Source: Cyanophyceae cyanobacterium (lineage in GTDB: Bacteria > Cyanobacteriota > Cyanobacteriia > Cyanobacteriales > Laspinemataceae). From it: 64,000 bases of DNA. Below the pieces are notes generated by a model that saw only the letters and a program-made list of their open reading frames with translations, was not told the origin of the DNA and made no database searches. Below are positions 44,489-55,000 of this stretch, piece by piece (positions within the stretch are counted from its first letter, which is position 1; every line of letters begins with the position of its first letter). Made by a program: the position numbers and the translations under genes. Location: assembly GCA_038321985.1 (NCBI GenBank), contig JBBQFN010000015.1:1-64000 (forward strand), in the 5' to 3' direction.

Positions 44489-44650
44489 TCTTGGGGTTGG
44501 AGTTTTTAATCAAAACAGCACTTGTGCCCCCCCGTTTTTTTGTGGAGGTGTATAAGTGCGATTAATTATACCCAATCCGGTTGATTTACCCAGAAACTAC
44601 CCCCATCCTTTCTTTACTCTTTAGGGTGGGGTGTTTTCCGGGTAAATTTT

Positions 44651-44680
44651 TGTAGAGACGTTTTATACTGCGTCTCTACA
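44651..44680. repeat. GTAG-type REP-like palindrome
   Basis: TGTAGAGACG-N10-CGTCTCTACA; related copy at 51998-52024. Confidence 0.7.
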
Positions 44681-44823
44681 TTTTCAGTTTATTGAGGGTA
44701 CGCCTCTAAGTGAGGGAGACAAGAGAATATAAGGAGTGAGAACGTCTCGCCCCCACTCCCAAAGCAAACGTAAAAGAATTGTCCAATTTATTTAGACTGC
44801 TATATAAAAACCCTTAACAGACA

Positions 44824-44856
44824 AAAAATGGGAGGCATTAACACCTCCCATTTTTT
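44824..44856 (-). terminator. Rho-independent terminator of the hemerythrin-domain gene
   Basis: AAAAAATGGGAGG..CCTCCCATTTTTT. Confidence 0.75.
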
Positions 44857-44904
44857 AGCTTATTTACAGCCTACGTCTGAGAACAAAGTGAACTGAAAAT
44901 TAGG

Positions 44905-45927
44905 TTAGGAAGCCATCGATTTTTGAGCGCGGCTTTTAGCTTCTTTGAACTGCTTGGACAGTTGTTGCATTTGGTCTTCGTTCATAGACTGACGATATTT
45001 ATTGAACATATCGTTTTCTTCTTCCTTGACGTGATGCTGCACCATCTCTTTCAACTGACGGATATGATCCATGAAGTCAGGAGCACTGCCCTTGCTAGAT
45101 TTGATGGCTTCGAGAAGTTGTTTCATCTCCGCCTGTTCGTTGTACAGGTGCTGCACTTCGGGGAATTGAGCGCGGATAGCGGGGTAAACGACTTCTTCTT
45201 CGGCTTCAGAGTGAGCGCTCAGGTCTTTATAAATTTGACCGAAGAATTCTTCGCGTTTTTGAGCATCGTTCGTATTCTCAATTTCCGTAAAGAGGGTATC
45301 TACTTTGCGGTGATCTTCAAACAGAATTTCGAGAATGTTCATATCATCTTTTGCGCGGCTAGTGGCGCTGCCGAAGACCCCACTTAGGGCGGCCATCGCA
45401 TCTTGTACGCGACTCCAGACGCCTTGATCCGGGTCTTGGCCGGTGAGTTCACGGGTACCGAGAACTTCCAGAATTCCCTTTAGTTGCTCTTGGTGAGCAC
45501 GGTTTTCAAAGTTAACGGTATTCAGGGGAGTAATGGCAGCTTCAATGTCAGCGCCGACGACTTGTGCAGCTTTGTGTACCAGCAGTCCTTTCATCACCTG
45601 AGCGTGCTTGAGCAATTCATGCTGAGAGATTTTCTCAAACAGGGTCATATTGGAATCTTCCATCATTTTCTGAGCTTGTTTGAGGGTTTGCTCAGTGGTG
45701 CTATTGGGTTCAGACGGATTACCGTATTGAATGATGGTAGTTTCAATGATCCCGAGGTTTTTGCGGTCGTCTTCTAGCATATTTTGCAAACGCTCGCGGA
45801 TATCAGGGTCGCTGGTAGCGCTGATAAATTTTTCTTCAGTAGAGATTAGGAAATTTTGTGCAGCTTTCATGTCGGCCAGCTTACTGGCGATCGCCATGCG
45901 TTTACTATCTTGTAATTGAACGGTCAT
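44905..45927 (-). CDS. Ferritin-like plus hemerythrin (HHE) domain stress protein
   Basis: N-terminal LEDDRKNLG..HELLK..NFENRAHQEQLKG; C-terminal DH..HSEAEEEVVYP..HHVKEEE. Confidence 0.85.
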   Translation of the reverse strand: MTVQLQDSKRMAIASKLADMKAAQNFLISTEEKFISATSDPDIRERLQNMLEDDRKNLGIIETTIIQYGNPSEPNSTTEQTLKQAQKMMEDSNMTLFEKISQHELLKHAQVMKGLLVHKAAQVVGADIEAAITPLNTVNFENRAHQEQLKGILEVLGTRELTGQDPDQGVWSRVQDAMAALSGVFGSATSRAKDDMNILEILFEDHRKVDTLFTEIENTNDAQKREEFFGQIYKDLSAHSEAEEEVVYPAIRAQFPEVQHLYNEQAEMKQLLEAIKSSKGSAPDFMDHIRQLKEMVQHHVKEEENDMFNKYRQSMNEDQMQQLSKQFKEAKSRAQKSMAS

Positions 45928-46343
45928 TCGAGTGTTCTCCTCGTATTTCAGGATTTAAAGTTGTTGTCAACTATCCTTTACTTTAAAAGAGGCTTCTTTT
46001 AACTTCATCCTTCTTTAGACAGATCGTGGAGTTTACAAAGGAAGAGAAGTCATTCAATGGGGCGATCGCCTCGGAGGAATACGCCCTTACCTTTAATCAT
46101 TTAAACACTCCGTCCCGCATGGGATTGAGCAAATTGTAATCAAAGTTTGATTGGGTCTTTAGACCTGAATTTAAGCTGAATTTTATTAGAATTATTCCTT
46201 TTGATAGGAAAAGATTTATATCTTTAGGAGGTAGGCAAATCAGGGTTAAAACAATAAGGCTTCACCTCAATTATTTAACCTTAAATAGGAACTAAGAATC
46301 TGCGCCCATGCCAACTTAAGACGGTTGAAAAGGTGAGCAGGTT

Positions 46344-47477
46344 TCAACTGCGCCGATAGTGCATTCCAGGTAATTGCTCGACCAAACCGATTAATTCCAA
46401 TTGCAATAAGGCACTGGAGACCGAGGCTGCATCGAGTTGGGCTTGGGAAATAATCACATCAAAGGGTGTCGGCTCGATCGCCGTGGCTTCCCAGACTTGT
46501 TGCAATTGTGGGTCTAAATCGGGCACTGATGGCAGCGGTGCCAGGACGGGAGTCGTCACCCCTGGGTAGGGAGGTGCATGAGATGGGGATATCGCCCCCA
46601 GCATTTCCAGTAATTCAGTTTCATTAATGATGGTCTCAGCCCCATTTTTCAGGAGTCGTAAACAGCCTTGGGAGTTGGGGTCATCGATGCGACCGGGTAA
46701 GGCAAATACATCTCGGCTGTATTCATTAGCGACTCGCGCTGTAATCAGGGCCCCTGATCGCTCTGGTGCTTCCATCACCAAGATGGCCCGACTCAACCCA
46801 GCAATAATCCGGTTGCGTTGAGCGAAGTGTTCTCGCTTTGTGAGTGTCCCGGCAGGATATTCGCTCACAAGCAAGCCTTTTTGTATAATTTTTTGTGATA
46901 AAAGGCGATTGGTTTCTGGATATATTTTATCCAAGGGAGTACCGAAGACAGCGATCGTGCGTCCCCCCGCATCTAAACAACCGAGATGGGCCTGAGTATC
47001 GATGCCTGCGGCCATCCCGGATACAACGGTAAATCCAGATTCGGCTAGAATCTTGCTAATTCGTCGAGTCCAGCGCTGACCATATTCTGAGGGGTAACGA
47101 GTGCCGACGATTCCGACAATGGGGCGATTGCCCAGGGTTTCCTGGCGATCAGTCTGACCCTGGTAATACAGCAGGGGGGGTGGGTTGGGGATTTCCTTCA
47201 ACAGGCGGGGATAGTCTGGGTCGGCAGGGGTCCAAAAGTTGGGATTTTGGCGCAGATGTTCCTTGTAGAGTTCTTCGAGGTTAAGTTGCGATCGCCGTTG
47301 TACAACTTTTTCGGCCAGTTGCCGACCCACGCCCTGCACCTGGGTGAGGGCCTCGGGTCCTGCCTGCCAAGCTGCTGCTAAACTGCCGAAATACCGAAAC
47401 AATCGACCGAGTAAAACTGGGCCAACACTGGGAATTTGTGACCACGCCACCCAAAATGCACGTTCTTCCAGATACAT
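46344..47477 (-). CDS. dprA: DNA-processing protein DprA
   Basis: YPRLLKEIPNPP, IVGTR, VSGMAAGID, F.QRNRIIAGLS, EAPERSGALITA, C-terminal winged helix. Confidence 0.96.
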   Translation of the reverse strand: MYLEERAFWVAWSQIPSVGPVLLGRLFRYFGSLAAAWQAGPEALTQVQGVGRQLAEKVVQRRSQLNLEELYKEHLRQNPNFWTPADPDYPRLLKEIPNPPPLLYYQGQTDRQETLGNRPIVGIVGTRYPSEYGQRWTRRISKILAESGFTVVSGMAAGIDTQAHLGCLDAGGRTIAVFGTPLDKIYPETNRLLSQKIIQKGLLVSEYPAGTLTKREHFAQRNRIIAGLSRAILVMEAPERSGALITARVANEYSRDVFALPGRIDDPNSQGCLRLLKNGAETIINETELLEMLGAISPSHAPPYPGVTTPVLAPLPSVPDLDPQLQQVWEATAIEPTPFDVIISQAQLDAASVSSALLQLELIGLVEQLPGMHYRRS

Positions 47478-47762
47478 TCGCCCTCACGACTCCAATTGTG
47501 ATTGTTAATCCAAGGGTTGTGCGGCGATCGCACCCCCTTTGGATTTTAGGAGAAAGTGCTGTTTAGAACAACGGGCCATCTCTAGATGAGAACCAAGGGG
47601 TCAGGGAGGAACCCCTTTCCCGGAATTAATAAAAATATACCAACCCACTCTGAGCTTTCCAGAGTAGGTTGGTATAACCAGCCTATCAAAGTTATTGAAT
47701 ATAGACGGGGAGTGGACCACAGGAGCAAGAGCTTTTCAAGAATCCCCCTGTCTCCTTACGCA

Positions 47763-49025
47763 TTAGGCGATCGCCGGGTCAAGTGACTGCATGGATTGGG
47801 CCAGCAGTTCATCGTATAAGTTACTGAGTTGAACCGCCACCCCATCCCAGCTAAATTTTTCTTCTACCCTTCGGCGAGCTGCTGCCCCCCATTGGTTTTG
47901 CCAGTTAGGTTGAGATAAAATCCGGTCAATGGCGATAGCAAAGGCCGCGTCATCCTGGGGTGGACAGAGCAAACCCGTTTCTTCCGAAACCACCGTAAAC
48001 TGTAATCCACCGACATCTGAGGCGACAACGGGAGTCCGGCTTGCCATCGATTCGATCGCCACTAACCCAAAAGGTTCATAATGGCTAGGAACAACGCAGA
48101 CATTCGCTGCCGCATAATAAAGGGGTAAGTGGTCATGGCCGATCCGTCCGAGAAATGTAGTCAGGTCTGCAATGCCTAATTCTTCGACAAGAGCGGCAAT
48201 GCGATCGCGTTCAATGCCATCGCTTTGACCCGGACGCCAACCTCCCCCAATAATCAGCCGTAAATCCTGCTGACCCCGCAGGGTGGAACGACCCACCGCC
48301 CGCACTAAGGTTTCAATCCCTTTGCGTGGATCAAATCGTCCCACATAAAAGATGACGGGGCTATCTTGGGGAATTCCTAGCAGTTCCCGGGCTTCTTGAC
48401 GGGAAACACTCCCAAATTTATGAATATCGGTACCGCACGGAATCACATCGATCTGTCCCTTTGTCGAAACGAGGGTTTTCATGTGTTCTTGTTCCTGGGG
48501 AGAGGTTGCCACAATGCGATCGGCATTTTCTAGACAAGCTTTTTCGATGCCTAGGCGTGTGGTGGCAATCATCGGAATTGTGGAAACCGCTTTATACTTA
48601 ACCACACCTAGAGAGTGGTAAGTATGAACCTGTTGGATGGGTTGGATTTTTTTTAACTCCATTCCTACCGCTGCTGAAATCCAGTAATTGGTATGAACAA
48701 GCGGATATTCTAGGCGCTGTTGTTCTTGAAATTTTAGAAATTCCCCCACAAAATCCGGGACATATTCATAAATTTGTTGCCGAGGAACGAATTCTTCGGG
48801 ACCTGCTACTAAGCGAATGGTCCGACAATTGGGGGTATGTTCTACTACGGTCGGTTGGGTTGCATTTGACTTGCGGGTGAATAAATCGACTTTCCACCCC
48901 AAATTTCCTAATGCTTCGCCAACTTTACGGACATAAACGTTTTGACCTCCGGCCTCTTCTTTACCAATTTCTACGGCGGGGTCACCATGAACGGAAATTA
49001 AAGCAATCGACTTTGAGTTTAGCAT
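47763..49025 (-). CDS. GT4 glycosyltransferase, unidomain sucrose-phosphate synthase-like
   Basis: IALISVHGDP..GKEEAGGQNVYV, HTNYW, YVGRFDPRKG, PSHYEPFGLVAIE; ATG at 49025 preferred. Confidence 0.8.
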   Translation of the reverse strand: MLNSKSIALISVHGDPAVEIGKEEAGGQNVYVRKVGEALGNLGWKVDLFTRKSNATQPTVVEHTPNCRTIRLVAGPEEFVPRQQIYEYVPDFVGEFLKFQEQQRLEYPLVHTNYWISAAVGMELKKIQPIQQVHTYHSLGVVKYKAVSTIPMIATTRLGIEKACLENADRIVATSPQEQEHMKTLVSTKGQIDVIPCGTDIHKFGSVSRQEARELLGIPQDSPVIFYVGRFDPRKGIETLVRAVGRSTLRGQQDLRLIIGGGWRPGQSDGIERDRIAALVEELGIADLTTFLGRIGHDHLPLYYAAANVCVVPSHYEPFGLVAIESMASRTPVVASDVGGLQFTVVSEETGLLCPPQDDAAFAIAIDRILSQPNWQNQWGAAARRRVEEKFSWDGVAVQLSNLYDELLAQSMQSLDPAIA

Positions 49026-49739
49026 AATTTTAATTGAGGGGAAACCAAAGAAATAAAGTAAAGCGCTGCCCACTTTATCTTTTAGACTACATTTTTGTTG
49101 GGTTATCTCATTAGCTTCTAATTGAGATAGATGGGGTAAAATAATTCCTAGAAACTCGGATAATTTACCAGGGAATTTAGGAGGTAAATCAGGCTTTGGA
49201 AAAGTCTCTCAGGATTTTCTGGCAAAAATTTTATTTAAAGGCTCTCGGCAAGGATTAGATTGCCTTAAAATTTTGATAATAAAACCCCAGCAATTTACTC
49301 CTATTTAGCAGAGCTTTTTGTTTTGTTTTTTTGTCCAGAAAAAACTTATAAGGAAATAATAAAAAATCCTGTCCATAGATGACATCTACCCTCGGAAATA
49401 ATTCGAGAGGAGTAGGTTTTATATTAGCTTTTAAATAAAGTTTTAGAATGTAGCCACATCATTTTCGGCTAAACCTATCCGCATTAATCCTCTGCGGATT
49501 ACTTGAGGGGTTAGGAGTTCAAAAGCCACACTCGCGCTCAGGCCGTTTTTGATTTGTCATGATTTTTTGACAATTAACGGTATCCCTCAGTTTTTCTTAG
49601 AATTGAGCGGGATTAAAACCTCTAGGGAGGTGCCATGTCACCCCCTTAGAGCGACTACAGGGGTTAAGTCTGAATCAAGGGACCTCCCCCTGTTGGTTTT
49701 TTCGTTTGGACAAAAAAATTAGAAATAGGATTTCGCGGG

Positions 49740-50399
49740 TTAACCTTTCACTTTTTCCTGTTGCTTGAGATAGGCAAAAACACTTTTATCACCAATATCT
49801 GAGGGAATGTCTTGCCCTGCTTTGCGGACTGCAAAGACTAGAAAGAGAATAGCCCAGGCGGAGAGTAAAATTTGTTCCATTGATGGAGTTAACAAACCAG
49901 ACAGGTGACCTAAAATCAGTAGAGGAACTAAGGGAGTGAGCAATTTTGTTTCCAGACGGTTGAAACAAAAGGCTTCTTTAAAATAGATGCCACATAACGC
50001 TACAAAGGTAAATCCAATCCCAACTAAGGCGATCGGCTCGTGATAAACTGTCACAACTAAGGGATCAGGGCGAGTAAAATTTAAAATCAAGGCAGTGATG
50101 GCACCGATCGCCCAGCATAATTGCAGGAAGCGATGGAGGACTTTTAGATAAATGTGAATGGTGAGTAAGCTGACGCCGAGGGCTAGACAGAAACAGGCAT
50201 AGAGTGGGCTAAGAGTGGTGAGGATAGGGGGAGTGGTTCCTTGCCAGAAGAGGAGAACCGGAGCCAGGGCAAAACTGAGTGCTGCTGCCATCAAACCACT
50301 GCGATAGATGATAACGGATTGGCGATCGCTGGGGGTAATGCTAAATTCTCCAAACTGCCCTTGATAAACTGGAGATTCGATTGGGTTGGCTTGAGTCAT
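49740..50399 (-). CDS. DUF2301-like integral membrane protein
   Basis: YQGQFGEF, IHIYL, GIYFKEAFCF, DIGDKSVF; several hydrophobic segments. Confidence 0.85.
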   Translation of the reverse strand: MTQANPIESPVYQGQFGEFSITPSDRQSVIIYRSGLMAAALSFALAPVLLFWQGTTPPILTTLSPLYACFCLALGVSLLTIHIYLKVLHRFLQLCWAIGAITALILNFTRPDPLVVTVYHEPIALVGIGFTFVALCGIYFKEAFCFNRLETKLLTPLVPLLILGHLSGLLTPSMEQILLSAWAILFLVFAVRKAGQDIPSDIGDKSVFAYLKQQEKVKG

Positions 50400-50549
50400 G
50401 ATGAATTTGACAGCTCTATTCTAAGGTAATGGTCGTTCGAGATCCACTTTATTATGACTGATATGAGGACTAACCCGACCCTCATAGGCTCTAAAGAGGA
50501 CTAAATCCCTGAAAAACCCAACCAAAGGGTCTGATACCCGGATTTGGTA

Positions 50550-50830
50550 TGATAAGGATATTCAAGGTCAATTTTTAGAAGATTGTTTTGATGAAGATGA
50601 ATTTGAGATAAAATTACCCCAAGTTTAGACAGCCCTAATTTCGAGGTTAATGAATATAATTTAAAGCAATATTTAAAATTCTTTATAGGCCGGATTAAAG
50701 CCCCTTACGAGCTTACAGAAAATGAGGAATTTGAGGGTAAAAGGGATTATCTCACGGGGGGAAAGAGCCAGAATAAATCCGAAAAGGTGAGAATTACCTG
50801 CTACCGTTGTTCAGTTATTAGGCAGCGTTA
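50550..50830 (+). pseudogene. Possible degenerate gene remnant
   Basis: AT-rich stretch with a start-less open frame reading FEVNEYNLKQYLKFFIGRIKAPYELTENEEFEG, preceded by an acidic fragment ending in a stop; family uncertain. Confidence 0.3.
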
Positions 50831-50870
50831 TCGAAAGTTTAGGGTAGCCGATCGCATCGTTACCAAGGCA

Positions 50871-51647
50871 TTAGGGCCATGTCACCCTTACCCTTGCACC
50901 GACAGCCAGTTGGAGTTTACCACCGGCATTGCCACCATTGAGGGCAATTTCCACCCAACCGTGAGAACCGATCAGGGCGACTGCTTTGCCGAGGGGCGCA
51001 TCACTGTAAGTCTCTCCCCCTAGGATAGCCTGATCTCCCGCTACCACAGACCAAGATTTGCCCCTTACTTCTCTCCCGGGAATGTTGGTGATCAGGTTAC
51101 CAAAGCGATCGAGGTATTGGATGCAACCGACGATTTCTTGGTTTTGTGAGTGACACTGAGGCAGATCCAGTTTGACTAAGGTTTGGGGATCGATCGCCGG
51201 TCCCAGGTGTTGGATCTCCACCCCGTTGGCAAGATGAGCGCCCACTGGAGCAAAAATATCTCGCCCGTGAAAAGTGTTACTGGGTTCAGAGGTGCGCCAG
51301 TAGGCAGAATTGGTCAGTTCCACAGCCGCGAGAATCGCATTTTCTTGACTCAGAACCCCGGAGAATAGTCCGTTATCGGGTCCTACTAAGAGATAACGAG
51401 GGAGTTGCAGGGCGATCGCCCGCCTAGAACTGCCTACTCCTGGATCCACAACGGCGACATGAATGGTCCCCTGGGGGAAATAGGAATAAGCACTCATTAG
51501 ACAAAAACGAGCAGCGGCGACATCCTGCGGAGGAATCTCATGAGTGAGGTCTACAATTGTAACCCCTGGATTGATGCAGGCGATCGCCCCTTTCATCAGG
51601 CTGACATAGACATCACGGGATCCAAAGTCTGTTAAGAGGGTAAGCAT
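50871..51647 (-). CDS. SAM hydrolase / SAM-dependent halogenase family (DUF62)
   Basis: LTLLTDFG, DLTHEI, VVDPGVG, GPDNG, TFHGRDIFAP, DRFGNLITN, GSHGWVEIA. Confidence 0.93.
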   Translation of the reverse strand: MLTLLTDFGSRDVYVSLMKGAIACINPGVTIVDLTHEIPPQDVAAARFCLMSAYSYFPQGTIHVAVVDPGVGSSRRAIALQLPRYLLVGPDNGLFSGVLSQENAILAAVELTNSAYWRTSEPSNTFHGRDIFAPVGAHLANGVEIQHLGPAIDPQTLVKLDLPQCHSQNQEIVGCIQYLDRFGNLITNIPGREVRGKSWSVVAGDQAILGGETYSDAPLGKAVALIGSHGWVEIALNGGNAGGKLQLAVGARVRVTWP

Positions 51648-51751
51648 AGGGTTAGGGGAGATAGGGGAGGGAAACCTAAGGTTCATCCGAGTTAAATATT
51701 AAATTTTAGTCAATTTTGATACAAGTCCTGATGAGGAGTGTTATTTTAGAA

Positions 51752-51765
51752 GTAAGAGAAAATAC
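51752..51765 (+). promoter_or_regulatory. NtcA box in a repressing position
   Basis: GTA-agagaaaa-TAC just downstream of a TG-n-TATTTT -10-like element (51739-51747); second degenerate GTC-N8-TAC at 51709-51722. Confidence 0.7.
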
Positions 51766-51792
51766 ATGAATTGAAAACGGAAAAAGTCCACC

Positions 51793-51948
51793 ATGAACAA
51801 AATTAGTCATGAAACCTTGAAACAAGCGGCGGCTACCCATCGGGCAACGATCCGCCAGAAATTACAGTATCGCCTGGAAATGGCTAGACAGAAAGGGGAC
51901 GAAAACTTGATTCGGATGCTTGAAGCCGAAGCCAGCTATTTCAGCTAA
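51793..51948 (+). CDS. pirA: 51-aa PirA (Ssr0692)-like PII-interacting regulator, missing from the ORF track
   Basis: MNKISHETLKQAAATHRATIRQKLQYRLEMARQKGDENLIRMLEAEASYFS; HR..L..R.E.AR..GD..L...LE.E pattern and NtcA box. Confidence 0.8.
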   Translation: MNKISHETLKQAAATHRATIRQKLQYRLEMARQKGDENLIRMLEAEASYFS

Positions 51949-52071
51949 AGCCCCATAATCAGGAACTCGGTTGATAGAATCCCCAATCCAGAGCAGATGT
52001 AGAGACGCCCCTTTCGCGTCTCTATTCTCGTTTTAGGGCCTAAAATCCGGATCAGGGTTTGAAAGCCCCTC

Positions 52072-55000
52072 CTAGATAAACTGGATGCTGTTGGCTGCCA
52101 CTGTGGAAAGTCCGATCACGGAGGCCAAAATTTCGCCGGTACTGGCGATCGCAATGTCGGTGAAGTCGCCATTTTGAGTAATCAAGAGGCGATCCACCGT
52201 TAAATCTCCGGTTAATTCCAGAAAATCCTGTTCCACTTCAAAATCCCCGATCAAGTCTTTGCCATAACCCCCTTGGAGCACAAACCGATCGCGACCCTGG
52301 CCTCCAATCAGGGTATCATTGCCAAAATCCCCACTCAGGCGATCGTTCCCCTCTCCCCCAGCGAGAATATCGTTCTGTTTACCCCCAAACAATGTATCGT
52401 CTCCCTGACCCCCATTGAGGGTATCTTCTCCTCGATCGCCATAAAGTAAGTCATTTCCTGCACCCCCGCAGAGACAATCTCGCTCATCATTAGGATCCAT
52501 TGGCTCCTCAATGCCGGTCCCCCCAAGAATCGTGTCATCCCCATCGCCACCGCAGAGGGTATCATTGCCGCGATCGCCGAAAATTAAATCATTGCCCTCA
52601 TCTGAGGCAACAATATCATCCTCCTTCCCACCGCGTAGGGTATCGTTTCCCTCACCCCCAGATACTGAATCATCTCCCTGGTTGCCGTTGAGGAAATCAT
52701 TGCCAGCGCCACCGAAGAGCAAATCCCGCCCATTCGGATCGAGCACCGAGGCATCATTGGGATTCCCCAGAAGCGTATCATCACCGAGTTCGCCCAAGAG
52801 GGTATCATTGCCAATGTCGCCAAAGATCAAATCATCATCTTTGCCACCGTGAACGAAATCATCATCTTTTCCGGCATGAATAGTATCGTTTCCTTCGTTG
52901 CCAAAAAGGTAGTCATTGCCGCGATTCCCAAAGAGTAAATCAGCGTCTAAAAGGGGACCGACAGGAATATCACTGCCTTTGCCACCATAGAGAGTATCGT
53001 TGCCTAAATCGCCATAGAGGGTATCGCTATCTTCATCCCCCCAAATCTGATCGTCATCTTTTCCGCCCCATATCCGATCGCCTCCGAATCCGCCCCAAAT
53101 GGTATCATTGCCTTCGTTGCCAAAGAGGTAATCCTCCCCTGCATTCCCTTCTATCCAGTCGCGATCGCCTTCGGAACCGATAGGAAAATCGCTGCCGATT
53201 CCACCGAGGATAGTATCATCTCCAGCACTTCCTAAAAGATTGTCATCACCCTGTTTACCAAAGAGTAAATCATTACCGCTGCCTCCGTTAATTTCATCAG
53301 CGTCACTGCTGCCTTCTAATGTGTCATTTTCCTCTGTACCCCTGAATATATTTTCAACAGCATTCGGTTGGGCGATCGCTGATGCTAACGGCACAAATTC
53401 CGGTACGGTGAGGGTTGGGCAATTGCAATCGGGTCCCTCTATTGGAGTTAAGAGAGATATTGGTGTCTCCGTCACGCTGGAATCTGGATTCAAGCTGGAT
53501 GGCAGGATGGGTTCTCCTACTACTTCCAAAATAGGAGAGGGAGTGGGTTCCGGTTGCGGTTCAGGTTCCGGTTCAGGTTCCGGTTCCGGTTCAGGTTCCG
53601 GTTGCGGTTCAGGTTCAGGGGTTGGGGGTTCGTCATCGTCAGTGATTGTGGCGATCGCTTGAGGAGTGGCGATCGTGGCATTGACGGAATTAGAAAGAGT
53701 TACAAAGAACTGTTCATCGGGTTCATCAATGGTATCTCCGGCGATCGCTACCGTAATGGTTTTGGTGGTTTCCCCCGGATTGAACTGTAATGTGCCACTC
53801 GTAGCTTGATAGTCTCCCGGCGAAGTCGCACTATCATCAACCGTTGCATAATTTACGCTAGCCACTGGATTAAGTGCCGCATTCAGAGTCACCGTAAAAA
53901 TTGCATTAGTTGTATCAGAATTTCCTTCAATAACCGTAATATCTTCCAGGGTAAAACTGGGTGCAATCACCACTTGACCCCCAGAAAATTCCGAAGTGTT
54001 GTTATTGGGGTCTGTGGCGGTAGCGGTGATAAATTCATTGGCAGGAACCGCACCCTCCAAGGTTTCCGTAAAGCTAATATTACCGCTGGCATCGGTGGTA
54101 ACCGTGGCAAATCCTATAAATCTTTCTCCTTCGCCAAATCCGGAGGGGTCTAAAGCGCGATTGGCGAAAAATTCTAGGCGAAATTCAGTGTTAGGAGTGC
54201 TATTGAGCGTCCCCAAAACTGTGGTACTTGTTCCATCAGAAATCGCTGAAGTAATGACGGGAAAGTTTTGAAGATTATTAGTCCCTATATCTGCATCTCC
54301 TTCGTCATTGGCTGTTACACCGGCAGCGTTACTAGCAGGACCGCTTAAATCAATTCCTAAGCGACTGTTGGAAAATATAGCATTGGATAAAATTCCGTTA
54401 TTTGTACCCACACTAACCTGAATCCCCACCCTTCCATTAAAGCCAATCTGATTGCTCTCTCCCGTAGCGGTTCCCCCAATGAGGTTACTCCCGGTTAGGG
54501 AAGCAAGAACAATGCCATGTTCACCATTTCCTAGGGGGCTAATTCCATCAACTTGAGTGCCTATAAAGTTACCTAAGACTCGGTTATTAGTGGAAGCGAG
54601 GTAAATTCCATTAGCGCTATTACCGGAAATCAGATTACGCGCATTCGGGGTCGTCCCACCAATGGTTATGTTGCGGGGGAAAGCATCAGCAACAATTCCA
54701 TCTCCACCATTGGCGAGCGCCAGAGTGCCGGTGACATCAGTGCCGATATAATTTCCGGCAATCAGAGTACCTGAAGAGGCAAGACCTAAATCAATTCCAT
54801 CGTTTATATTTCCGGAAATCAGATTACCAGAACCCGATTCTAACCCGCCCAATATATTGTTTTCTGCTGCTAAAATAGCGATACCAGTCCGATTGCTTAG
54901 GGCAGATTTTCCCGTAATATTAGTTCCAACAAAATTGCCTACAACTTGATTGTTGGTAGCATTAAATTGAATACTAACTCCTGCCGAATTGCCAGAAATT

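Noticed and set aside
50871..51647. True fluorinase/chlorinase in a halometabolite cluster
   Set aside because: Has the TFHGRD motif typical of DUF62 SAM hydrolases, and no biosynthetic genes are nearby
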